This document shows, in pieces, positions 21,687 through 32,815 of a stretch of DNA of 39,434 bases. Each line of letters opens with the position of its first letter. The first letter of the stretch is position 1. The notes beneath the pieces were generated by a model, which did no database searches, was not told the origin of the DNA, and saw only the letters and a list, made by a program, of their open reading frames with translations. Source of the DNA: Polymyxa betae A26-41 (taxonomy: Eukaryota; Protista; Endomyxa: Phytomyxea); assembly GCA_003693705.1 (NCBI GenBank), contig RBZT01000383.1, positions 1 to 39,434 on the forward strand, read 5' to 3'. The position numbers and the translations under genes are program-made.

Positions 21687-22049
21687 TTACATTCGATCTC
21701 TTCTTCGCTCAAGCTTATACGGTCCATTATCAGATGATGATACCGGCTCAGGTGGCAGCTGCGACTTCTCAAAGAACAGTGCCTGAATCCATAAATCGGC
21801 CAGGGCTTGGGTGGAGGCTCGAATGAAGGCCAGCTGACGACCGCTAGCCGCTACGAGACGAAACCCCTTTCGAACAGCAACGACGGCCTTGATATTGGAC
21901 AGATTGATGACTTTAAGAGGGCGTTGTAGAGTGCAATCGTGGAGAAAGACGGTCTGGTCACGAAGCTCGAGCTGTATGCGTCGCCAACATCGAGGTCCAA
22001 TCAGGCCGGTGATAGCCAGGCGCATGGGTGTTGATAAGCAAATCGTCAT
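21687..22049 (-). CDS. Small PH-domain-like protein (5' exon unresolved)
   Basis: WRRIQLELRDQTVFLH..PLKVINLSNIKAV..FRLV..QLAF..ADLWIQAL follows the PH-fold pattern, including the C-terminal W helix. Confidence 0.5.
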   Translation of the reverse strand: MTICLSTPMRLAITGLIGPRCWRRIQLELRDQTVFLHDCTLQRPLKVINLSNIKAVVAVRKGFRLVAASGRQLAFIRASTQALADLWIQALFFEKSQLPPEPVSSSDNGPYKLERRRDRM

Positions 22050-22924
22050 GATAGAGATTTGAATCGCCGATCAGGACTGGTGATGGACAAGGGCACCCGG
22101 TCGCAGCATTGCCAGTTTCCACATGATCGGCCGATCCAGCTTCTGGTGATTATGTAGCAAAAGTACAGGTAACTTTACAGCTCGGTCATGGTCCGAACAT
22201 TGCAGCTATTAGTATTATGTTACGGTAACAATACACTTCCTCTGTTTGAAACAAAGTGAGATCAGATATGCTGAGTGTTTCTGGATCTCATGGGGAGTCA
22301 TTGCTCCACTGTTAAGTTGCCTTGTAACAATGCATGAAAGGAGACACAGCGCGAAGCGCTTTTACGATTCTTGTCGATTGAAACAGAGCGGATTTGCAGC
22401 CAAGCCAGTAACATTACAAATCCGAATGGTGTACTTCCAGCAATTCATGAGCTCCTTGTCTTCGTATGGCGATACACGACCCTGGGTCGTTGATCGGCCC
22501 CAACGTTAGAGCATAAATCAATATATCATACTCGGTCGCGAACCTCCCTCGATGTTGAATTGAATTGGATTGGAATGGATTGGATTAAACTACGGTAGTT
22601 TGTTGATGGCTGGAAAAATGCACTTCAGACCGTGGTTCATCACTACCTATTGGGAAACCTCTTCTTGTTTTCTATCTAGAATGCTTTCGTTCTATTTATG
22701 TGTTATTGGGATACAAGACCAAGGTACAGTACTTCCTACGAACTTCGTAAAGTGCGTGGAGGGCTCTATGACATAAGACGCTACAAGGGAAACATTATCC
22801 TTGGAAGAAGCTTCCTAGGCTGTGCGAGTTGCTCCAAAAATTACTCATTTCAGAAACGAATAAGGAGTTATTCGAATCAACGGACAACGATCTCAGTTCG
22901 TCGTCTGCCATCTGATCTGTACTC

Positions 22925-23173
22925 ATGAGATTGCTAACAGATGTGCTCCTAGCAGTATGTATGACGGCATCTATGGCTTTGAATCAAAAATCTGAACGGC
23001 GTCACGGTTCAAATTTTGCAAAATGCAAACCGTCTAGTGCCGCAATGATAAGATTGTTTACAAGAACCGAGCTTGTAGTGATCACAGCGATCTTCAAGAT
23101 GAGGAAGTGTTCGTATGAGGAGAAATGTAACGTTTGTCGAAAAGGCAATGCGGTTTGTATTTGTAAGAAATAA
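22925..23173 (+). CDS. Possible small secreted Cys-rich protein
   Basis: Leader MRLLTDVLLAVCMTASMA and Cys-rich end KCSYEEKCNVCRKGNAVCICKK. The middle may be frameshifted. Confidence 0.35.
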   Translation: MRLLTDVLLAVCMTASMALNQKSERRHGSNFAKCKPSSAAMIRLFTRTELVVITAIFKMRKCSYEEKCNVCRKGNAVCICKK

Positions 23174-23698
23174 AACTGTCAATTAATTGTTAAAAATATC
23201 CATCTTCCGTTAATAATGACATTCGTTCGCCCGTCAATAGAATATAATGAATACTGTCTAATAACCATCACTCAGCATGAATATTCCTGCACCCAGTGAC
23301 CTCTTGCTCAATAATTTACATAATCGTTTTCGGTTGTCTTACAGCAACCCTGGACTCATTATTACTACAGTTTCCTAACTTCGTTCAACAGTATTAATAC
23401 GTCGTCAGAGAACTCGAGATCGTAAGTACCTCTGCACGATACCAGAAACATTTTGCTGGAATGTTTCTGCCTCTATGATCTTTGAAACTTGAACTGTAGA
23501 CAGGCTGCAATTCCAAAAATCGCTGTTATTTCAGCGTCTAGACAGACGACATTTGTCCCCAATACAGCACTTGATGATCTTATCGTCGATAATATTTTTC
23601 TGAAAACGACAGTCAACTCTGAGCATGCGAAGAGATTGATTTGATGGATGCGGTCAAGTTTGGTAACATTCCTGATTTTAATGAACAGATTTACAAGC

Positions 23699-26600
23699 TC
23701 AAGCCAGCCATTTCTGCGCCACCCTTCTCGTCAAATGATCATGCGAATACGAGACGTTCAAAAGAAGCAGGCCGACCACCCCCATAGTCAGCCATCTCAG
23801 CCACGACGACTGATGGCAATACTCAACTACGACGGTTGCCGCCGAGCATAACTGGCCGGTGCCGATCTTAACCATCAATAACGTTAGCAGCGAAACTCCC
23901 ACAACGGCGATCGTGGCCGCTACAATACGAAATCGCATGAAATAGCGACGAATTTGAATGTCGGAATGGCGTTTCGAGAGGCGATAGGTCGCATTTGAAG
24001 TTCCCCAATGGGTAAAATATAGGTCGAGGCGAGCCAGCACTTTGAGCAGAGGTAGGAACAGGCCGCCGGTGCAGTACGACACGAGGCCGAGGGCGAGACC
24101 CATTATCGCCAGGAGAGCAGACAATGGCAATTTGATAAGAGAGCAGTAAGTTTTGAGACGAATCGGGGCAATCAGCACCTTCACCAGCCAAGCGCTGTTG
24201 GAATCAGCACTAGATAGATACAGAACCGAACCCGCGAAACGCGACCTGAAGCCAACAGAACTTAGGCTATGGATGACTGTAAAACAAAGGGATAGTTTCA
24301 ACATCACGTTTTCGGCAAAAATCCTTCTAGATGACCCGAAGAAAAGCGAAAATGGTGGAAAAATGTGCATAATACCCATTCAGAAAGACGAGAATCCCGA
24401 GGACAGCCAACAAGAATACCTTGCCGGTGTTAAAATAGATAGAGACCACTGCAATTCCGACCTAAGCGATCAGCATTCAAATCGAAGCGATGGATCCGCA
24501 CTAAATCACTGTACGTTAGAAACTATCCACATAAAGAGGAGGCGAGCTCGGAAGAATTGAAATCGGCGCTGTACGCGACGTTTGATACGTTCACTTGCAT
24601 TAGCATCACCGAATGCAGCCTGATCAACTAACAGGCCAAAATCAAATCCAGCATCATCATCATTGTTCATGGGTCTCACTGTCTTTCGTTCCCCATGAAA
24701 CGTCGTGGACATTACAGAAGGCGAAGATCGGCAGGATGATGAGAAAAGTGGGCATCATGAACAGATATGTCAGCGAGCTGGTCGCCAACGTAACCAATTC
24801 GCCGTGTAAGAACGCCGACAGAATGTACGCCCCGAACGATAAGAAGATCTGGAATGATGATGTCAGAATCGCTAATTTCACGACAAAAAGAATGCAGCAA
24901 ACCAGAGAATAAGAAGTTATTAAAAGCACCTAGAAAACTTCTTACAGTAATTAATATGAGAGGGTCGCCAGACTCAATAAGACGCATGGAGATCACCAAA
25001 ACTGTGCCGTTCAGGAACATGAACAGAAGACCAATAAAGGCAGCACTCAGGTTGTACCAGCTGGCGAATCGAACCGGGTCGTTCTTGGATGCCAGCAGGA
25101 ACTGCACAACGACAAAAAAGCTGCAGCCGAATCAACCGGAGTATAGAACGAACCGAATGGAGTACCAGTATGTCGCAACGAAGGCGATGATCGTAGCATC
25201 GCCGAATTTGAGGGCGCGCAGCACGAAGATGTTAATCAGCGGGAAAAGGCCCAACGCAAACCATTGAGTCAGAAGCGAGACGAAGAAATACAGAAACTCG
25301 AAGGTGATGGCAACTTTGCGAAATGAAGAGTGTGTCGTCTGCGAGTAGAATGTGCCATACTCGGACAGAGCGTATAGCAGAGCGAAGAACGAGCCGTTCA
25401 GCCATCGACGGCGCTGTTTCAACAGCCGAGCGAGATCGTGCGGGACGTCTGTCTCAGCGACGGCCGAATTCAGATACCGCAAGATATGGTCGCAGCCTTC
25501 TTTGGCGATCAACTGCAACAAGCCGTTAACAGATGAGATTGCAATAGGATGCATCGCTTGAAGCATGAACATAAAGTCTAAGATCGGTGAAAAATGATCA
25601 CGAGTCAAACGGCATCGGCATCAAACATGACAGCAAATGTCGAAATTGGGAGAAGCAATTTTCAAATCTCAACAGCAAGCAGGGAAGGCAGATCACACCT
25701 GGAAACAGAGGACGCGATCTTCGGCCAACATCATATTGGCAACAAGCGGATTCAGATCGGCGTCCTTCACGAACAGCTGGGAGAAGTACGCCGTTAGTGG
25801 ATCGCCGCGAATCGCCGAAAACCGATAGGCGCTGAACGCGCCGGGTAGCACGGCCATATAGCCCAAAGTCGATTCAAACGATTTGTCGAGCACCGATGCA
25901 ATCTGGTACAGCGTCAGACTCTGAATCATCAAAGGACCAGTATTCCAAACCTTGTATTCGAAATGTTGCGACCCGATCACTGGAATGCACAGCGCCAGAC
26001 CACAGTCTCGCGTTGTGATCTGGCCACAAACCCTAGAGGCTAAACAGTCAGCAAATGGAGATATTCATTGATCAGATTCTGACCCGGCGACCGACGGCGA
26101 TGCTTCGAAATGCTTCCAGAAGGCATACAGACTCGATGAACGGGGCTTCGTGCCGACATCGATCAGGACACAATATTTCGGCTGAAGGATCTGACAGAAT
26201 CCCTCGAAGAACCACCAATGGCTGCGATGAAGCTCAATATTGAGTCCAACATCCAATTATCAGATCAGTGCCCGAATGAAAGCGATAACAAGGCGCCAGC
26301 TGGTAAGCAAAATGGGAGAGGCGAAGAAACGATTACAAACCTGTTAATTTTGCCGGCGTTCTTCTCCTTGATGGCCACGATCAGCTGCATGTTGGGGAAC
26401 GGATCGGATCCGGAATCGTCGCAGAATGCAGGACAGCTCTCGAAGACGTGCAGGACCGAGTCGTTGCGTTGCGCCATTGAAGCGGGACGAGCCAGGTCGA
26501 GACGCTCCAGGAAGGCCAAGGTCGAAGGAGCGACCTTCTCACGCCCATCGCTAACTATGACCACAACGATCCGCTTCCAGAACTCCTCCTGTAACACTGA

Positions 26601-27156
26601 ATTCAGATATCAAATGTCTCAACAACTGCGCTATTAACAGAGTTTCCGGCTTGAAATCAGTAAGCAGCCAACTGAGCATACAAGCGATAGCATATTGTTT
26701 TGAAAAAGATTCAATCTTGATAGCAAACATAAACGGATGATCAAAACATAAGGTCACTACCTGGCCCAGTTTACGACACATATACTTCAGGCAACGAGCC
26801 AAGCTCTTCAATGTAACTTGCAGCTCATCACTGAAAAAGGTGTCAATCGATGACAGCGTAATAGCAACTTAGTTGACCGACCTTTCCTCGTTGTACATGG
26901 TGATGACAACTGCCATGGCAGGCGGATCTGCAGTTAGCGACAACTTCGGATTGGTTCGGGACCAGGTGACGGGCGATTGAAAAGGCACCGCTGTGTACCG
27001 ATGCGAATCCGGGTCGATTCGAGCGAAATTTGAGCTACCGTTATCCTCAATCTCAACCACGGCTTCGTCATGGCCGGTGATAATATCCACGATCGATGAT
27101 GCTTCGTCTGAGGTTGGGTCGTAATTCACGGCCACGACGCTCTCGACCGACGACAT
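23699..27156 (-). CDS. CHS: Chitin synthase (GT2, division-1/oomycete-like), multi-exon, with an extended membrane C-terminus
   Basis: Motifs [77 protein letters not shown] and FRARLLFMW occur in canonical order. Confidence 0.95.
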
Positions 27157-27284
27157 CGTTTCTGAGGGCCAGTTTGGTATGCGATTGGTAGGAGGATGGC
27201 ACGCGCCATGATGAGTAAAAGGTCGCTCGATAGACGGGGGTTGTGCGAAATGCACCTTTATTCGAACATACAGCGAAGGCCATT

Positions 27285-28596
27285 TTACAAACTGCTGTTG
27301 CGATAGTCCTTGGACAGAATCAAACGGGTCTTGAACTTCGCGCCTGGCTGCAGAACGACAGGGGTTTCAACGGCTGCTGGCTCGATACAGACCATACGCT
27401 GGTACTCAGACGTCTCGAAATCTTTCAAAGCAGATGCTTTGGCCTCAGCTGGGTTCCAGACAACAGCATCGGGAAACGCGTCGTCCTTCACGATTCGAAT
27501 TTCTCCATCTAGGGTAACCATTCATTTAAAACGTATTCCTGATATTATGAACGATTCTACCTTTGTCACCGATTTGGAGCTTGTTTGAAGCCTTGCAGTA
27601 AACGCGATCGATCTCTCCCTCTATCTTCAGGTCGCTGCCCTGGCAGAGACGGATTTTTCCATCATGAGCAGTATCAATATATTTGAGATTGCTGAAGTCA
27701 CGCAAGACCACATTGTTAATATCCTGTGGTGCAATTATAAGCAGGGCTCAAAGCGTTTGGCATTACATTGGCATTACGCTGATCTGGAAGTAAGAATGGA
27801 GAGCGGCTGTGAAAGTGAACGGTGATTTAGAGGTGTTTTCTATCTCCCAATCGCACTGCAAATGGTTCGGTTTCAAACGAACAGTGTATAAGCTGGAGAA
27901 TGAATGAGGCCATACCTACGCTCTGGTATAAGCCTACCGTGAATGGCAAACAGACATCTCTCACTTTCATCGTATCTTCATTTGACGTCAGTTTGTAGAC
28001 AACTTCGACATAGTCTTGTTTTGCATCTTCCTTAATGATCGACCATTGACTTGTGCGAGCAAATCCCTACAAAAGTTTGTTTTTCGTAGGGAATGCATCA
28101 GCCAGAAACCGACATGAGAAACCAGCGGGCCTTTCGGGCCGAATTGGGGAAAAATCAAAGGGATCCCGCCACGAATTGCCTTGGATCCGTCTAGAACGGC
28201 TTTGGAACTCAGAAACAGAATCGGTTTGTCGGCTGATTTAGTATAAAATTGAGTGACGTGCGCACCTAAATAACCATTCAGAATAGGATAGGACACAAAA
28301 GATTCCCAGCTCGTTATTTGAGAAAGAAGTGAGGTTGAATTAAGGCAGATTCTAATTTAGTTTTCAAAGGCAATAATAACCAAACGAATAAATGGCAAGT
28401 CGAAGCAAAACTTACCATAATTATAGACTTCGGCAAAAGCAGAACCGACTCTGAGATGCGTCACTCCAGGCTTCGGATGGGTAATGGTCGGCTGCGATTG
28501 CATCGCCTGAGCATAAGCCCGAGAATGGTTGAAAACCAGGCCAAGCGAGACGAACCCAAGACCGCCGGCTACTAAAGCCGCCTTTCTCGTAAACAT
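27285..28596 (-). CDS. Glucose-6-phosphate 1-epimerase (aldose 1-epimerase family), multi-exon
   Basis: GAHVT, LFLSSKA..KAIRGGIPLIFPQFG, SHGFAR (spliced), FTAALHSYF, EIDRVY, DAVVWNP, MVCIEP. The N-terminal extension resembles a targeting peptide. Confidence 0.92.
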
Positions 28597-29407
28597 CGTT
28601 TTATGTTTGAGGCGAACAGTGCGCCATTACTATATCTTTTTCCACTTTGACCTTTCCATTCGAACCCATTTAGATTTCGAGATGTCTCATTTGTTTTTCT
28701 CACAGTAACCAACTGAATTTCCTTCTGAGCTTAACCAGTAACATATTCGCGATTTTTCAAACATTCGATTGAACGCGCGGCTTCCGCAGGTTGAGCATCA
28801 GGCCTGGATTCTTAGATTGAATTGAACAACATGGCAGATTTAATTCAGGTTACATCCTTCATTGTACCATAGGAATGCACAAAAACACAGATCTGCATCA
28901 AACCAGCAAGACATCCATTAAAAACCCCGCTGAAACACACGTGGCACCTTTAAAAAACCGATGCTGCCTTGCCGAGCATTGTTAACCAGTTTTTAGATGT
29001 TCTTTGTGCTGTAGTAGGATCGACAGCTTTATCCATATCGCTGCCAGTTTCGTAATCATGATCGAGGCTAACGCAAAATAACCTTAAACAATTTCGAGGT
29101 AAAGAAGTATTATCATGTGATCGTTTATAAGATACCGATTCTCTGATGCGTTTTTGAGCTTCCAGATTAATGAATGGCATCGTACGCCTTGCGGTATGGC
29201 CCCAACAATTACCTTAGGCATCTACTGAAAAAGCCTTCCCATGGCATTCATAGCACCCACTATCGTTTAATAAATCAAAAGCGACACATTTGTTCGTCCT
29301 TCCAAAACTTGTTCAAACCATAAGCCATGAGTCATGCTGCGCTTCCTGACCTAGGCTCGGAAGCAAAGAGATCATTTCACAAAAAATCGTTGTCGGATTT
29401 GGAAGCG

Positions 29408-29816
29408 ATGTCTTTCCAGTCGATGCCCCATTTGGTTGTGCTATTCGCTGTCGCGTCGTTGCTACCGATTGCATGGCCTCAACTCATCGATGGGCATCTT
29501 GGCGACCTGGTGGAAGGCATCAGCGACTTCGATCATGGCCATCATCACCACGGTTACCACGACGGAGGGCATTTCGGCGATCATGCAAATTCGCATGGAC
29601 ATCACGATACGCAACACCACAACGATCACGATGATCATGGCACCGAAAACTTTCAAGGGACAGTTACTGGAACCGTGACATGTAAGTGTTATTTTATAGT
29701 ATCTATCAACTGCCTTGTTGATGATCTTTTTGATAGCGACGGGAACTCACAAAGAATCGAACAGCGAAAAGGAAGATGAAAATCACGACCATCGACATCT
29801 TCTTCATCATCACTAA
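29408..29816 (+). CDS. Small secreted His/Asp/Gly-rich protein (~117 aa)
   Basis: Leader HLVVLFAVASLLPIAWP. Intron 29682-29736 (GTAAGT..TAG) gives a second exon ending ENHDHRHLLHHH*, which continues the His-rich character. Confidence 0.8.
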
Positions 29817-30450
29817 TTAACATACCAAATACATACGAATCGTAATGTTCTCACAAATAATTGTTGAATAGAACTCGGTATGATATTCCTACCTGAGTGT
29901 TTTATTCGTCTTTCTAGAATCGTTCCTGCATTGGTTTCGCGTCCCGGCATTGGTCAGTGTGAGGGCTGAACCTAAGATAAGTTTTCCGCCGCTTGGCGCT
30001 GGATCGTTCCAGAGCCAGATTCTAGAGCATTGCCAGCGACGTTAATCTCTGGATACAGATGGAATGCGAGTACATAAGGCCCACGATAAATATAAAGCGA
30101 CATGAACCATCTGTGCTAACTGCTGTTGTTACATTGCTTCGTGACGCGGCCTCCTCTGCACAACCATCAAGCACTGCTCTCACCTTGATTCATTTTCGCT
30201 GGCAGATAGATCTACGAAATATCCCTTGAGGTGGTTGGAGTGAAGACCCACTAAGATACTGACGATACGGGATTGGCATCCCATCGTGTAGGATCGTGCC
30301 GCAAGGTTGAAAGAGTTTTGAATCCCGCGATCTTGTCTCATTTTGAATTCGGCGCTCTGTTTAAAACTAACATACTGGCGAAATCGGAAAAACAACCCAG
30401 AACTCGGTTGTAGCCAACCAATATTTTATTACCTAAATTAACATAGCACT

Positions 30451-32018
30451 ATGAAAGGCTTAGAGAAAGCCTTAAAGGCGGAAGCTGCTGAAATTGCTTC
30501 CCGATGTACAATAAGCAAAATCTCCTGTGATGGAGACGTTCAGGCTCACATCTTGGCGTGTACGCTGGAGCTATTTAGGACTGAAAAGACCTACTTAACG
30601 AAATTGAGAACTGTAAACTCTGAATTCCATCGCCGACTGAGAGCCCATCTCTCGTTTGACGAATCTGATTTCCCGGAACGCTCTGCAGACAGTTTTGATG
30701 CTATGTTCGATTACGCCCATGGCTTGATTGACTGTCATGAAGAGTTACTGATTCAAATGAAAGGTAACTGTGTGGCTTTGTTTTTCTTGCTGTTTAACTT
30801 TGCATTTCGGTGTTGTTCTTTGAATGCACCTGACAATATATTTGCTTTTCAGCGGCGGCGAAATCTTCACGTCTAATTCGATCTCTTGACGATGTCTTTG
30901 TGAAATTTATCGGGAAATCAAGGGAAAAATACATTGAATATGCTTTGTCATATCCCGATGTCACTAATTTACTAATCAAGCATCAGCGTAACAATCATAG
31001 ATTCAATGAATTCATATTTGTAAGCGAAGTATGTGCCGGCGAAAGTATCAACTCGTTGCGCATGGCACCGATACAAAGAAGTCGGTAATTCTCTCCTCAT
31101 TGACTATCATTATCGTTTTCCACCATTTCATTTTTCAACACGAGTTCCGTTTTTTATTCCTTATGCGATATTTCAAACTGAAAGCTCTGTATTGTAGTTC
31201 CCAGGTATAAGCTCATGCTAAGCGAATTGCTGCAGCTGTGTGGAGAATCACCATCAGAGGCTACTGCCATCCAGGGTTGGATTTCTGCTTATACGGAATT
31301 TTGCCCTTCCAACCATTCTAAAATTTTGCAGTGGCTATCAATGGATGTCACAATTTAATGCAAGAGATTGACGACAGTATTAACCAAGGCGAAAAGATAG
31401 CACAAGTCAGGATTATACAGGATGTATTCTTCGAAGGCAACATCAATTTGATGGACTGCAGAAGGATGCTTATCAAATCTGGCGAGCTCACGAAGGTAAC
31501 TCTTCTTCTTTTGAAATGCAAGCTATTTTTAATTCACCGAACTGCAGTTGTTCAATCGACAGAAAGCCCATATGTCTAGAGGGAAACGACACAAGTTCTT
31601 TATCTTTTCTGATTGTCTTCTGTATTCTGATATTGAAGGAAAGCATAAGTGCAGGCACGTTATACATCTATCACAGATAAAGATAATTGAATCAGAGAAC
31701 GATACAAACACTATCAAACTGATTTCAACAATCAAGGTCAGCTTTTACTGTTTGAAAATCAGCTTCGATGCTTGTCCTTTGTTATATGTTTTGGAACTGA
31801 CAGTATTAACCGCTTAGTCGTTGAGACTGTTACCGGATAGCAACGAGGAAAGAGCTGAATGGATAAACGCTTTGCAGTCAGCCATGGCAAATTGTGACCC
31901 ACTTCCTCCAATTACTTCTGCTCGGGTTGGTCATACAAAACATAAATTCTTCCATTTAAAGTCTTGTTCGACAGAACTTCGAAACATGCATCAAGTCGTT
32001 GAACAACAATACTGCTAA
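30451..32018 (+). CDS. Dbl-family RhoGEF (DH-PH), multi-exon; ends approximate
   Basis: DH motifs ELFRTEKTYLTKL and LRMAPIQR/PRYKLMLSELL; PH motifs LIKSGELTK, HKFFIFSDCLLYS and EERAEWINAL. Confidence 0.88.
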
Positions 32019-32815
32019 AAAGGATCGGGGATATAGCCGCTCTTTCTCAATGACACTGTTAAACCAAGACGGTTCTCATTTGAGGCGTCGAAGCTCGTTA
32101 CCATCGATATGGCTAACTCCTGGACGCATAAGATCGTTGACAACAGCATTATTCGGTAGCTCCATATCGTACAAGCCTGCTTTGACTCACATTCTTACAA
32201 ATGAAGCATAACTCTTCAAATCAACTTCAACAGTAAAACATATTTATTTGAGGCGTGTAAAGAAGTCATCTCAAACCTGAAAGGCAATCAGGGACAGCTC
32301 TAGAAAGAAAGTTGAACTGAAAGCAAACTGTGGTTTGCACTTTCAAAATTTTTCTGGTCCACAGATTCAGACATAATTCTGTTACTCTGCAACACACACC
32401 ACGGAACTCTCAAGCACGCTAAGCGCAGGGAACATTGCCAGCACATTTATCAAGTACCGACCATTACGACACAACATCAATCCAGAATCAATATACTGCT
32501 TCATCACTAAGACATTTCTTGAACACTTTGAACATTGGAACTTGATCGGGATGGTTGGACTAGCACATCCGAAATGGCAGGCTATTGCCAGTTTGCTGAA
32601 GCAACCAATTGGAGCCAGGCAACCATCATTCGAAAGCGAACATACTCTGTATTTAACACCGTAAATATTCTGGACTGTCTGTACTCTATAATGGGAAAGC
32701 TGCATATCACAGGTAGAACTGGTGGAGGAGCGGCCTGCCCTATATCATTAGGGTACACATTTAACAGAGGCCCCTCGATATTTGCATTTTCGCTTCTTGG
32801 GCTGATTGGTTCGGG

